From: Promethearchaeati archaeon
Lineage (GTDB): Archaea; Asgardarchaeota; Heimdallarchaeia; Heimdallarchaeales; Heimdallarchaeaceae
NCBI GenBank assembly: GCA_013166775.1
Contig: JABLTJ010000004.1
Location: 64,001 to 128,000 of the forward strand
Direction: 5' to 3'
Length of the DNA stretch: 64,000 nt
Shown here: positions 20,272 through 30,322 of the stretch, one piece after another
Numbering within the stretch: the stretch's first letter is position 1
How the letters are laid out: every line of letters starts with the position of its first letter
Made by a program: the position numbers and the translations under genes
The notes under the pieces: model-generated
The model's database searches: none
What the model saw: only the letters and a program-made list of their open reading frames with translations
Told to the model about the DNA's origin: nothing

Positions 20272-22437
20272 TTAGTCACATTTACTATAACCACAAGATC
20301 TACATGTGTAGCAACCTTCAGCAAACTCTAGCATTCCACCACATTCAGGACATGCAACAGTGCCATTTGGTCTAATTATCTGTGCTCCATCAATATATGA
20401 TTCCAAGACATGAGCAATTCCATCTGCACAAGATAAAACTGTTTTTCCTTGATAGAAATTTGGGCTTGGACAGCGTATACCTGCTAAATGGTCAGTGATA
20501 GATTCTAATCTTACACCAGATCTTAGAGCAAGAGAGATCAGTCTTCCTACTGCTTCACTTTGACTTGCTATACATCCACCACTTTTTCCTACTTGGACAA
20601 AGACTTCACAAACACCTGTCTCATCTCTGTTTATGGTCACATAGAGGTTTCCGCATCCTGCCCTAATTTTATGTGTTCTTCCTATTGTAACTTCAGGACG
20701 GGGCCTAGGTACAACCTTGTCTGTAATAACAACTTTGATGTCTTGTTCTGCTACTTTTTCAGTTTTCTTTGTTGTTAGAACTTGATATTTTCTAGAACCA
20801 TCTCTATATACAGTGACACCCTTGCATCCTTTCTTGTAAGCTAGTAAATAAGTTTTGGATATATCTTCTTTAGATGCAGTAGATGGGAAATTTATAGTTT
20901 TAGAAGTGGCATTATCTATGTATTTCTGAAAAGCTGCTTGCATCTCTATATGCCATTCAGGTTCTATATCATGGGATGTCACAAACACATCTCTAATTTC
21001 CATAGGAAGCTCATCTATTTCCTGAATTGAGTTTGTTGCAGATATTGTTTCAATAAGCTCTTCAGAATATAATTTAGCCTTTTTCAGTTTTTCTTCAAAA
21101 AGATGATTCACATCAAAAAGTTTCTTTCCGCCAAGAACATTTCTTGTAAATGCTATAGCATAATAAGGTTCTATTCCACTTGAGCAACCAGCAATTAATG
21201 ATATTGTTCCTGTCGGAGCAATAGTTGTTACAGTAGCATTACGCATGTTATCATATTGAGCTTTCAGAGTACTCTTTTCAAAATTAGCAAAATCCCCTCT
21301 TTCTTTTCCAAGCTTAGCAGATTCATCTCGTGCAGTGGATTGGATGAAAGACATAATTTCTTCTGCTTTTTCGATAGCTTCAGTTGAATTATATCTAATT
21401 CCTACCTTTACTAGTAAGTCAGCAAATCCCATAACACCTAAACCAATTTTACGATTTGCTTTAGTCATTTCTTCTATTTGAGGTAGTATAAAGCTGTTCT
21501 TGTCTATAATATTATCAAGGAAACGTATACTAGTTCTTATTGTTTTCTCTAGTAATTCCCAACTAATTTTTCCTTTTGAAACATGCTTTGAAAGATTGAT
21601 AGAACCTAAATTGCAGCTCTCCCATGGGAGCAATGGCATTTCACCACAAGGATTCGTACTCTCAATTTCACCAACTGCAGGAGTTGGATTGTCTCTATTG
21701 ATTCTATCTATGAAAACTATTCCAGGCTCACCGTTTTTCCATGCAAGCTCAATAATTTTGTTGAATACTTCCTTTGCATTTAATTTTCCCATAGTTTTGT
21801 TATTTCTGGGATTTATAAGATCATAATCCTCATTGTTCTCAACTGATTTCATGAAACTTTCAGTTACAGCAACAGAAATATTGAAATTCGTAAAACGAGT
21901 TTGTTCTTCTTTGCATGTAATGAATTCCATGATATCAGGATGATCAACACGAAGAATCCCCATATTAGCACCCCTTCTACGTCCTCCTTGTTTTACAGTA
22001 TTTGTAGCTGCATTGAAGACTTCCATAAATGAAATAGGACCACTTGCGATTCCTCCAGTTGTCTTAACAACATCATTCTTTGGCCGAAGTCTAGAGAATG
22101 CAAAACCTGTCCCTCCTCCACCTTGATGAATCAGGGCACTATTCTTCACAGCTTCAAAAATCGATGTCATATCATCTTCAATTGGTAGGACATAACATGC
22201 ACTAAGTTGTCCTAGCTTAGTACCTGCATTCATAAGTGTGGGAGAATTAGGTAAGAAACGTAAAGAAATCATTATGTCATAGAATTTTTCTCTTTCTTCC
22301 TCATTGTCTCCAATTGCATTTGAAACTCTCCAGAAGAGTTCTTCCGGTGTTTCTAATAATTTTTTATTTTCATCTCTGAGAAGATATCTCTTCTCCAAAA
22401 CAGTGATAGCATTTTTTGAGAGGTCAGTTACTGTCAC
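20272..22437 (-). CDS. nrdJ: Class II (adenosylcobalamin-dependent) ribonucleotide reductase with fused TSCPD-type domain and zinc ribbon
   Basis: PNSPTLMNAG, SACYV, GGGTG, TNPCGE, CNLGS, TIAPTGT, KGVTVYRDGSR, LSCAD, CPECG...CRSCGYSKC. Confidence 0.95.
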   Translation of the reverse strand: MTVTDLSKNAITVLEKRYLLRDENKKLLETPEELFWRVSNAIGDNEEEREKFYDIMISLRFLPNSPTLMNAGTKLGQLSACYVLPIEDDMTSIFEAVKNSALIHQGGGGTGFAFSRLRPKNDVVKTTGGIASGPISFMEVFNAATNTVKQGGRRRGANMGILRVDHPDIMEFITCKEEQTRFTNFNISVAVTESFMKSVENNEDYDLINPRNNKTMGKLNAKEVFNKIIELAWKNGEPGIVFIDRINRDNPTPAVGEIESTNPCGEMPLLPWESCNLGSINLSKHVSKGKISWELLEKTIRTSIRFLDNIIDKNSFILPQIEEMTKANRKIGLGVMGFADLLVKVGIRYNSTEAIEKAEEIMSFIQSTARDESAKLGKERGDFANFEKSTLKAQYDNMRNATVTTIAPTGTISLIAGCSSGIEPYYAIAFTRNVLGGKKLFDVNHLFEEKLKKAKLYSEELIETISATNSIQEIDELPMEIRDVFVTSHDIEPEWHIEMQAAFQKYIDNATSKTINFPSTASKEDISKTYLLAYKKGCKGVTVYRDGSRKYQVLTTKKTEKVAEQDIKVVITDKVVPRPRPEVTIGRTHKIRAGCGNLYVTINRDETGVCEVFVQVGKSGGCIASQSEAVGRLISLALRSGVRLESITDHLAGIRCPSPNFYQGKTVLSCADGIAHVLESYIDGAQIIRPNGTVACPECGGMLEFAEGCYTCRSCGYSKCD

Positions 22438-22784
22438 GTTTATCTCCTGTATTAAATTATTCTTAAATTGGTTATTAAACCCCGAAGAATCTCATAACGA
22501 TATATGATTTACATCGTTTTGAGAAACGCTTTCTTCAGATACTTTCTAGTAGGATAAAATGAACCATATTTAAGGATTTATAACACCTTTTTTTTCGCGA
22601 TAGAAGCAGTCTAAATGACAATATTCTACCGACAAAAATCAAGGTAAAAAACAAGTTTTTATAAATATTTAAAAAAAGATACAAGGAAAAATTATGCCTT
22701 ACATATAGAATTACATTTCTGATATATTTCTCATATACATTTTCCGATAGATTTTAATTTGCTCAAAATATAATAGATGCATAA

Positions 22785-23642
22785 ATGAAATTCAAGATGA
22801 ATCGAAGAGCTGTTTCTCCAGTTGTAGCAATTGTCCTAATGTTTGCTCTTACAACTGCAGCAATAGGCATTTCTTTAGCTTATATGTTTCCAAGTATTAG
22901 TCAGTTTAAGGACAAAAGTTACAATAATAGTAATAATCTCTACTTCATTGCTTTAGATTCAGCAATTCAAGATTTAATAACAAACAATCCTCCAATGAGT
23001 AAACAAATCCAGATAAATCAAGAAGAAGGAGAGTTTATGGTTGACTCAAGCTGGAGAGTTCTCTTTCTGCTCAAAGATGTAACAGGGACACAAAGTAGTC
23101 TGGTGCTTGATGAACAAATTACTCGAATTGTGCATAGGAGTACCGCAGTAGCGGATTATGATAAAGGAGAACATAGATATATGATAGGTCCTCAAGATCA
23201 AGATTATTTATTCATTAATGGGAGTAGCACTCTTTATAATGAGATAACTGTGTTAAACAGTTCTAGAACAATGTATGAACCGAGTTTTCTTGATTTAGCC
23301 TTGTATTATAGATATGCTCTTTCAATTAATTATAAAGATGCAGGATCAACAGAGATCTATCAATTAGATATAATTCATGTTAATTTGATTCTAAATGAAT
23401 CCTCTCTGGAGAGTACTATGCAAAAGCATATTTCTCTCCAACTAACCTATTTTGGAACTCAATATGAAGAGTATGGTACTATTGATTTTCTGAATGATAT
23501 TGAGGGAGAAATCCGTCTACTTGACCAATATAATCATTTTCAGAATGACTTTCCAATTTATTTCCCAGTAAATACGAATTTTGTTTCACATCAAATTAAT
23601 GTAAACATTATTAAAATAGATATAGGAGTATCATTTAGCTAG
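22785..23642 (+). CDS. Type IV pilin-like protein (class III signal peptide)
   Basis: MNRRA|VSPVVAIVLMFALTT: basic leader, cleavage after Ala, hydrophobic helix. Confidence 0.85.
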   Translation: MKFKMNRRAVSPVVAIVLMFALTTAAIGISLAYMFPSISQFKDKSYNNSNNLYFIALDSAIQDLITNNPPMSKQIQINQEEGEFMVDSSWRVLFLLKDVTGTQSSLVLDEQITRIVHRSTAVADYDKGEHRYMIGPQDQDYLFINGSSTLYNEITVLNSSRTMYEPSFLDLALYYRYALSINYKDAGSTEIYQLDIIHVNLILNESSLESTMQKHISLQLTYFGTQYEEYGTIDFLNDIEGEIRLLDQYNHFQNDFPIYFPVNTNFVSHQINVNIIKIDIGVSFS

Positions 23643-23651
23643 GAGATTATT

Positions 23652-24116
23652 ATGCCCAGTGAATATATAATGTATTTATCAATACTACTAGTAGGAACAC
23701 TTGCAATAGGTGGAATTTCAGCAACTATGGTTGCAATAAATAACACAATGGAAGAAAGGGCAATAGAAGTAAATCTGGAAAATATTCTACAGAGCATTAC
23801 GAAGGTTATTCACGACGTTAAAGAAAATGGTGATAATCAAGTTGAGCTCGGGGCAACAGATCTGAGTTATATCAATATTCTTGCTATTCCAGAAGAAATT
23901 CAAGAGGAGGAGTACATCATAGAAGTAACTTCTACAAATACATCCTATTCATTAAAAGCAAGCCTTAAAGAAGATCCAGAATTTTTCATTTCAGTTTCAC
24001 TCCTGATTTCACCTGATACAATCACAATTTCAGGATCTATTGACAGTACTGGTAATGCACCAAAAGTTATCTACATCTTTGACGGAATATCAAGCTCAAT
24101 TCTACTAGCTAACTAA
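23652..24116 (+). CDS. Pilin-like protein lacking a basic leader
   Basis: N-terminal hydrophobic helix, amphipathic helix, then beta-rich domain; AGGAG RBS; sits between a pilin and the ATPase. Confidence 0.65.
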   Translation: MPSEYIMYLSILLVGTLAIGGISATMVAINNTMEERAIEVNLENILQSITKVIHDVKENGDNQVELGATDLSYINILAIPEEIQEEEYIIEVTSTNTSYSLKASLKEDPEFFISVSLLISPDTITISGSIDSTGNAPKVIYIFDGISSSILLAN

Positions 24117-24295
24117 AATTGAAGGTCTTTCTAAGCTGAGCTTTCTACCTTCAAAAAAAGAGCCTAAGAAAGTTTTAAAGATTGGATAAACTGTCGATTT
24201 TTTTTATGAAAAAAAATGCAGAATCGATGTAAAAACATCTTTTATTAACTAAAATGAAAAATAACTTTAAAAAGAGTAGCACTTAATATTAATCT

Positions 24296-25831
24296 ATGCA
24301 AGAAGAAACTGGAGAAACTTTTACTGATACTGCAGCAGTTCCAATTCTTGAGGAAACTTATCCTGTCAGTCCTCCATTCTCTTACGTTCTAATTCAAACG
24401 GATCCCGTTTCTAAAAGAACACAGTATATGGTCGTCGAGATTCCTCTTGACAGTAAAGAACAGGCAATTTATAACAAAATATTTTCGATAATGGTTGACG
24501 AATTAGATGTTGACCTTAGTGTTTTGAAATCATCTGAAAAGGCAGAAGAATTTCTCAAGAAGAAAATAGTTGATATCATTAAAAGGTACAGAATTTCACT
24601 TAATGAATCTCAATTTGAAAAAATTATGTATTATCTAACAAGAGATCTAATTGGTTTCGGTAAGATTCAACCCTTCACACTTGATCCTAATATTGAAGAT
24701 ATATCATGTGATGGTGTTGCTATACCTATTTATGTATGGCACAGAAAGTATGAGTCTATTTCTACAAACGTTTCTTTTGATACATCAGAAGAATTAGATA
24801 GTTTTATCATTAAACTTGCACAAAGAGCAAATAGACATATAAGCATAGCAAATCCTCTATTAGATGCTTCTCTTCCAGATGGAAGCAGAATTCAATTAAC
24901 CTATGGAAAAGAAGTAACACAACGTGGTTCAACTTTTACTATGAGGAAATTCAAAGCAGATCCATTTACTATAACTGATCTTATCCTTTACAATACTATT
25001 GATTTGGACATTGCAGCTTTCTATTGGTTTACTATGGAGCACAATATCAGTACTCTCATCGCAGGAGGAACAGCAGCTGGAAAAACAACTCTTCTTAATA
25101 CGGTTGCGATGATGATTAAACCTGATCTAAAAGTTGTAACTATTGAAGATACTGCTGAACTCAACCTAGCTCATGAAAACTGGATTCCTAGTGTAGTAAG
25201 ATCAGGTTTCGGTGAAACAACAGAAACAGGATACCGTAGGGGACAAATCTCAATGTATGAATTGTTGAGAGCAGCAATGAGACAAAGACCTGACTATATA
25301 ATTGTTGGAGAAATCAGAGGAGAAGAAGCTTACGCGATGTTTCAGGCCATGTCCACTGGACACAGAGGATTAGGAACAATTCATGGTGATTCAGTTGAAG
25401 GAGTAATTCACAGATTGGAAAGCAAACCAATGAATATCCCACGTTCAATGATGAAATCACTGGATATAATCCATGTTATCCGAAAAGTAAGATTACAATC
25501 TAAATTCGCTCGTCGAACCCAGTCAGTAACAGAATTGATTGGTTTAGATCCAGTTACCGAGGAGATTTTAACAAACAAACTCTATCAATGGAATCCAAAA
25601 GATGATACTTTCATTTACTTTGGAAGAAGTTATGTTATGGAGAAAATTATGGAAAATACTGGACTAGAAGAACAAGCTATATTTGATGAACTAGAGCAAA
25701 GAAAAACAATTCTCAGATGGATGGTTAAGAAGCGAATTAGATATTTTGAAGATGTAGCTTCTGTAATCCAAGAGTATAACTCAGATCCAGATAGAGCACT
25801 TGAAAAAGCTAGGAAAGGATTAAAAGCATAA
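24296..25831 (+). CDS. Type IV pilus assembly ATPase (PilB/FlaI/TadA family)
   Basis: EDISCDG, DASLPDGSR, Walker A GGTAAGKTT, TIEDTAEL, RQRPDYIIVGEIRG, TGH..TIH. Confidence 0.93.
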   Translation: MQEETGETFTDTAAVPILEETYPVSPPFSYVLIQTDPVSKRTQYMVVEIPLDSKEQAIYNKIFSIMVDELDVDLSVLKSSEKAEEFLKKKIVDIIKRYRISLNESQFEKIMYYLTRDLIGFGKIQPFTLDPNIEDISCDGVAIPIYVWHRKYESISTNVSFDTSEELDSFIIKLAQRANRHISIANPLLDASLPDGSRIQLTYGKEVTQRGSTFTMRKFKADPFTITDLILYNTIDLDIAAFYWFTMEHNISTLIAGGTAAGKTTLLNTVAMMIKPDLKVVTIEDTAELNLAHENWIPSVVRSGFGETTETGYRRGQISMYELLRAAMRQRPDYIIVGEIRGEEAYAMFQAMSTGHRGLGTIHGDSVEGVIHRLESKPMNIPRSMMKSLDIIHVIRKVRLQSKFARRTQSVTELIGLDPVTEEILTNKLYQWNPKDDTFIYFGRSYVMEKIMENTGLEEQAIFDELEQRKTILRWMVKKRIRYFEDVASVIQEYNSDPDRALEKARKGLKA

Positions 25832-25922
25832 GATTAAGGGATTTTTTTTTATTCCCCTATTTTTTCATTAAATAATTGCATTTAAATACAAATATTACTA
25901 AGAACTCTTAACAATATCTGTT

Positions 25923-26585
25923 GTGGTTGAGAGAATGGACAAAGATGATAAGAAAAAGAAGAAAAAGAAAAAGTCTTTTCCAGATGATTTTCCTGATGAT
26001 TTTCCTGATGAAATCTCTTCACCGTTTGATTTCTTTTCATCAGGAAATGAATTCAATATGGATGAGATAATGAAGAAAATATTTCCCTATTTTAAAGGCT
26101 CTTCTTTTGGAAAAATGATAGATGAAATGATGAAGAATCTAATGAAAAATCTTGAAAACGTAGATTCTAGTGAATATGAAGAGATTTTCAAAAATCCATT
26201 TGTTTATGGATTTAAGCTAGGTTTAGGACCAGATGGTAAACCAAATTTTGGTCAATTTGGTAACTTAAAACCAAAAGAATATGGAGATATAGAAACTTCA
26301 GATGTTAGAGAACCTCTTATTGATGTGTTTAAGGAAGATAAATGTGTTAGAGTAGTTGCAGAGGTACCGGGAGTTAACAAGGGGGATGTCCTTTTAACAG
26401 GATCTGAAAGAACTCTAACTATCAAAGCTCATTCAAAATCTAGAAAATATGAAAAATCAGTAAGTTTACCCGTTTCTGTAGATATCAAAACAGCTAAAGC
26501 TAAATACAAAAACGGAGTACTCGAAGTAGTGATTGAGAGGAAAGAAAACCAAAAAGAAGAAGATCATGAAATTGATATAAACTGA
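25923..26585 (+). CDS. hsp20: Archaeal small heat-shock protein Hsp20
   Basis: PFVYGF..GPDGKP..FGN, REPLIDV, AEVPGV, AKYKNGVLEV. Confidence 0.92.
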   Translation: MVERMDKDDKKKKKKKKSFPDDFPDDFPDEISSPFDFFSSGNEFNMDEIMKKIFPYFKGSSFGKMIDEMMKNLMKNLENVDSSEYEEIFKNPFVYGFKLGLGPDGKPNFGQFGNLKPKEYGDIETSDVREPLIDVFKEDKCVRVVAEVPGVNKGDVLLTGSERTLTIKAHSKSRKYEKSVSLPVSVDIKTAKAKYKNGVLEVVIERKENQKEEDHEIDIN

Positions 26586-26611
26586 TTTCTAAATAAATTG
26601 AAAAAGAAAGA

Positions 26612-27289
26612 CTACAATTCCATCCATAAGATTATGTTATGTGGAAAAGTTGCCATAATTGTTTGCCCTAGCTGAAGATCAGCTAAATAACTTCCGTCGC
26701 CCATATTGGTTATAAGAGTACTTGGATTAAAATCTAAAATACCATTATTTATCATTGACTTGATACCATTGTTTATCTTATAGAGGTAGATGTAATTTTC
26801 ACTACCAGTAGTGTCTGATATTTCAACATAATATGTTATATCTATTAAGAATGTTCCATCATAATTAACATCAGGACTATCTATTTGTAATGTAACATTG
26901 AAGCTAATATGTATTGAAACAGGATTTAAAGTTGAACTGGAATTACCTAAACTGAAATCTACTTCATCTAAGTAGAGTACAGCTGGTAGATTATGATTAT
27001 CAAGAAAAGATTCTATAGCTTCGAATCCCTCTAATACAGAGACAATAACTTCAGTTCTAGTAGCTCCAGTTGATGAATGAGACAAAGAAGCCTCTGCTAA
27101 ATCCTGGATAGCAGTAATTGAGTTATCTATATAATGGGAAAGCTGTTTTTGATTTGGAGCTGGATTTACATATGGACTTTGGGTTATTCGATAAACAGTT
27201 GTAGAGAGTAGAATTAAGTAGATTAGAATCACTATTGCCAATAATAGAAAAACCTGCCCTTTGCGATTCTTGAATATCGATTTCCTCAT
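26612..27289 (-). CDS. Minor pilin-like protein (class III signal peptide)
   Basis: KNRKG|QVFLLLAIVILIYL; ORF open to 27298. Confidence 0.8.
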   Translation of the reverse strand: MRKSIFKNRKGQVFLLLAIVILIYLILLSTTVYRITQSPYVNPAPNQKQLSHYIDNSITAIQDLAEASLSHSSTGATRTEVIVSVLEGFEAIESFLDNHNLPAVLYLDEVDFSLGNSSSTLNPVSIHISFNVTLQIDSPDVNYDGTFLIDITYYVEISDTTGSENYIYLYKINNGIKSMINNGILDFNPSTLITNMGDGSYLADLQLGQTIMATFPHNIILWMEL

Positions 27290-27290
27290 T

Positions 27291-27758
27291 TTATACACCT
27301 TTCAACCACACTTGGAAGTGATAAATATAAGATTCAAATTCCCCGTTGACTTCTGTAATCAAATAGTCAATTCCTATTGTTTCTTTTGGTAAGATTAGTG
27401 CTTGATTTATCCAACTGTTAATCACTACATCAATTGATTCCATATTTTCACAGTATAACTGGAATTCTCCATTATCCGGTAAAACGCCATAAATTGCTTG
27501 TTTTATTGTATTCTTGATATTTGTTATTTCTACTGCTGAACCAGTTTCAACAGTTACAATATATTCATCTAAAATTCCATTTTTATCAAGAAGTTTTAGT
27601 GTGTTGTAAATATCTTCCTGGAAGTTTGGTTCAGTCGAGGGTTGAGTTGCAAGTTGAACCTCATATAGAGCTGTTACCATTATAATCATAACAGATACAG
27701 CTATGAATGCTTCAATTATGAACAATTGACCCTTCTTGTTTTTAGTTAAACGTTTCAA
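27291..27758 (-). CDS. Minor pilin-like protein (class III signal peptide)
   Basis: KNKKG|QLFIIEAFIAVSVM. Confidence 0.82.
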   Translation of the reverse strand: MKRLTKNKKGQLFIIEAFIAVSVMIIMVTALYEVQLATQPSTEPNFQEDIYNTLKLLDKNGILDEYIVTVETGSAVEITNIKNTIKQAIYGVLPDNGEFQLYCENMESIDVVINSWINQALILPKETIGIDYLITEVNGEFESYIYHFQVWLKGV

Positions 27759-27762
27759 TTTA

Positions 27763-28908
27763 TCACCAATACCACATTTGACATTTTACAAGTACATTTC
27801 GTACCATTAGTATGTGAGTCACAGAGATGTATGAAGATTCTGGCATCTGGGAGATAGGACCATATGTACCTCCCAGGTTTTCGGTTAAGAACATAGGAAT
27901 TCCAATGAAACCAGCGCGATACTCTGTACCTTCTCTTTCTTGTACAACTACAACTGCTACTCCATCAGCGGGTGCAGGGATGTTCTCTGCTAAATAGATT
28001 TGCCCTTCATTGTTATTTACTTGTGCCAATGAAGTTGTACGATGAGTTATGTCAATATCACCATAAGGAAATAAGACGAATGCTTGAGCTTCGTCACTTA
28101 ATTGAGTGCGTGCAACACTAATGTCAACTGCACTAGTTTTCGATGCTGTATTTTCTCTAACAAAGGGATTAAGAACAAATTCTGATTGGAAATACTCTAA
28201 TCCGGATGCTTCTTTTTCCATTCTTAAAACTGTATAGTCTTGGTATATTCCACCAACTTGTGCAAATGCAACAATACTATAATATCCTGTTGTATTAACA
28301 TTTATCACCGATTTGAAGCTAACAACTCCAGAAATATCCTTTGTTTGTGTGTAATTCAATGCAACATTGTTGTTAGCATCAATTGAAAATACCCAGACAT
28401 CTGCATCTTTTATTGGAGTTTGATATTCAGTTACCATACCATTTATTGTTATTTTATCAAACGCTATTTGGACACTGTTAAGAGATATCGTTATAGGAGA
28501 GTAGATCTCCAATGCAAAATCTTGAATCAAAGCAAATGAAGTCTTTGTTTTAATATAATCTATTTGCCAAAAATCCATTATCCCTGAGGTTAATCTATTA
28601 ATTTTAGTAAAATCCAAGCTTTCTTGATTACCCAATAAACCCACTCTAAAATCTGATAAATAACTAATTCCTCTACTTCCCCAATTGGTTGGATATCCTT
28701 GAGAATAGAAGATATTACTATATAATGTGTCCAAATCTTGCTCTTGAGAATAAGTTTCCATTTGTACAAGAGAGGGGATCAAGAGGTTTGAAAGGACTAT
28801 TATTATTTGACTAAATGCTATGATGAAAATCAACATAGCTAAAGCGAAGTCTATACCTCTTACTTGTCCTCTACGGTTTCTGGCAAATTTATGAAGATTA
28901 AACGCCAA
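27763..28908 (-). CDS. Larger minor pilin-like protein (class III signal peptide)
   Basis: RNRRG|QVRGIDFALAMLIF; GYPTNW motif; beta-rich insert. Confidence 0.8.
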   Translation of the reverse strand: MAFNLHKFARNRRGQVRGIDFALAMLIFIIAFSQIIIVLSNLLIPSLVQMETYSQEQDLDTLYSNIFYSQGYPTNWGSRGISYLSDFRVGLLGNQESLDFTKINRLTSGIMDFWQIDYIKTKTSFALIQDFALEIYSPITISLNSVQIAFDKITINGMVTEYQTPIKDADVWVFSIDANNNVALNYTQTKDISGVVSFKSVINVNTTGYYSIVAFAQVGGIYQDYTVLRMEKEASGLEYFQSEFVLNPFVRENTASKTSAVDISVARTQLSDEAQAFVLFPYGDIDITHRTTSLAQVNNNEGQIYLAENIPAPADGVAVVVVQEREGTEYRAGFIGIPMFLTENLGGTYGPISQMPESSYISVTHILMVRNVLVKCQMWYW

Positions 28909-28922
28909 TTTTCTATTCTCCT

Positions 28923-29342
28923 TTATTCTTCTCCTTCGTCACCAAGAATTCTTTCTTCTAATAATGATTTAATCTCTACAAGTGTAGCTTCTAATTCTAC
29001 TAATTCCATTCCTTTATCAAGCAGATTTGAAGCTCTTATTTGCATTTCATCAGCTTTTTTAATCCTCTCAGAGACCAAATCCTCCACTTTTTCATTCAAA
29101 GCAGCTAAGTCACTTCTTGTACTCATCTCTTGTTCTATTTTTTCAATTCTATCTTCAAGAGGACCTAAGTCAACAGATACGGAACCTACTACACCTTCAG
29201 AATCCCCACTTACAGCCGGAGTAACACCTTTATCTAGTGTTCCCATTATCCTTACTACATTGAAACTTACTTGGTTCACTAACCGTTTTATTTCATCTAC
29301 TTCATCTTTTAAGGATTTGACATCATCTTCTAATTTACCCAT
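28923..29342 (-). CDS. Coiled-coil protein within the pilus operon
   Basis: Heptad pattern; AGGTGA RBS; lies between tadC and the pilins. Confidence 0.7.
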   Translation of the reverse strand: MGKLEDDVKSLKDEVDEIKRLVNQVSFNVVRIMGTLDKGVTPAVSGDSEGVVGSVSVDLGPLEDRIEKIEQEMSTRSDLAALNEKVEDLVSERIKKADEMQIRASNLLDKGMELVELEATLVEIKSLLEERILGDEGEE

Positions 29343-29363
29343 ATGATTTCACCTATTTCAACA

Positions 29364-30314
29364 TCATATATTTAGCGTTATAAGTGGATTATCAGGTTGA
29401 ATTAATATCTTAAAAGCAAACCATCCAATGAACATTAGAACTACAGAATGCATTAGACCAGATTTTACTGACATTTTAGACATTTTACCAGCTACTAAAC
29501 CAGAGAAAAATCCTTGTACAGCTAACATATGGAGGAACAGTACTTCTAAAGTGTCCAAATCTATCTCTAAAAGGAATATTCCTGCAGTTTGTTCTTGTGA
29601 TATATTAGCAGATCCAAAAGGTATGAAAAATGATAGAAATAGAATTACTACTACTAGTATGAATATAAGAAATGCTGCGTAAACTATGTAAACGTAAGGT
29701 TTCATTGCACCTTCTCTTTCCTTCTTGAGATCTAGCAAACTTTGAACGTATTTCTCTGTTGCCTCAAAAATCTCTTCAAGGTTTCCACCTGATCTTTCTG
29801 CTTCTAATATTAATAAAGCTGCTCTCTTAGCTAAAGGTGTATTTATCGAATCTTGAAAATCTTCCATTGCTTTGCTAAAAGGAATACCCCAAGATATTTT
29901 GCTTGACATTTTTCTTAGTTCAGGTGTTAATGGACCATAATGTCTTTTTGCAGATTCTTGGATAGCTCTTGGGAGACTCATACCAGTTCTTTGAGCGTTA
30001 CTAATTTCTCTCAACAGATAAGGTAGATTTTCATCTATTCTTGATTGTCTCCTCTCTTCTCTATAAATTATAAGAAAAGTTGGAATTCCTACCATAACAA
30101 TTATCGCTAGTATCACAAAATCATTGATATCCAGAATTGTAATGAAATCCCTAATTGTTTCTCCTGTATTTGGATCTACTTCTGTGCTTACTAAGTCTAT
30201 TATACCCAAAGTAACTAGAAGAACTGCTGATACTCCAGCTATTATCCAATATATAGTATCTTGAGTTATTTGAAACTCCCTTGTCTTTACTTCTACTTCA
30301 TCACTTATTGCCAT
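29364..30314 (-). CDS. Type IV pilus membrane platform protein (T2SS-F, TadC/PilC)
   Basis: LPYLLREI..AQRTGMSL..A, YGPLTPEL, ISWGIPF, AERSGGNL, GLVAGKM. Confidence 0.9.
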   Translation of the reverse strand: MAISDEVEVKTREFQITQDTIYWIIAGVSAVLLVTLGIIDLVSTEVDPNTGETIRDFITILDINDFVILAIIVMVGIPTFLIIYREERRQSRIDENLPYLLREISNAQRTGMSLPRAIQESAKRHYGPLTPELRKMSSKISWGIPFSKAMEDFQDSINTPLAKRAALLILEAERSGGNLEEIFEATEKYVQSLLDLKKEREGAMKPYVYIVYAAFLIFILVVVILFLSFFIPFGSANISQEQTAGIFLLEIDLDTLEVLFLHMLAVQGFFSGLVAGKMSKMSVKSGLMHSVVLMFIGWFAFKILIQPDNPLITLNI

Positions 30315-30322
30315 TTTTTCAC

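Noticed and set aside
20272-22437. Intein in nrdJ (radA was checked in the same way)
   Set aside because: Lengths and motif spacing are normal, with no insertion
23640-23652. Stop-codon readthrough (e.g. pyrrolysine) fusing the two in-frame pilin genes
   Set aside because: The downstream gene has its own AGGAG RBS and ATG, and no pyl genes are in the window
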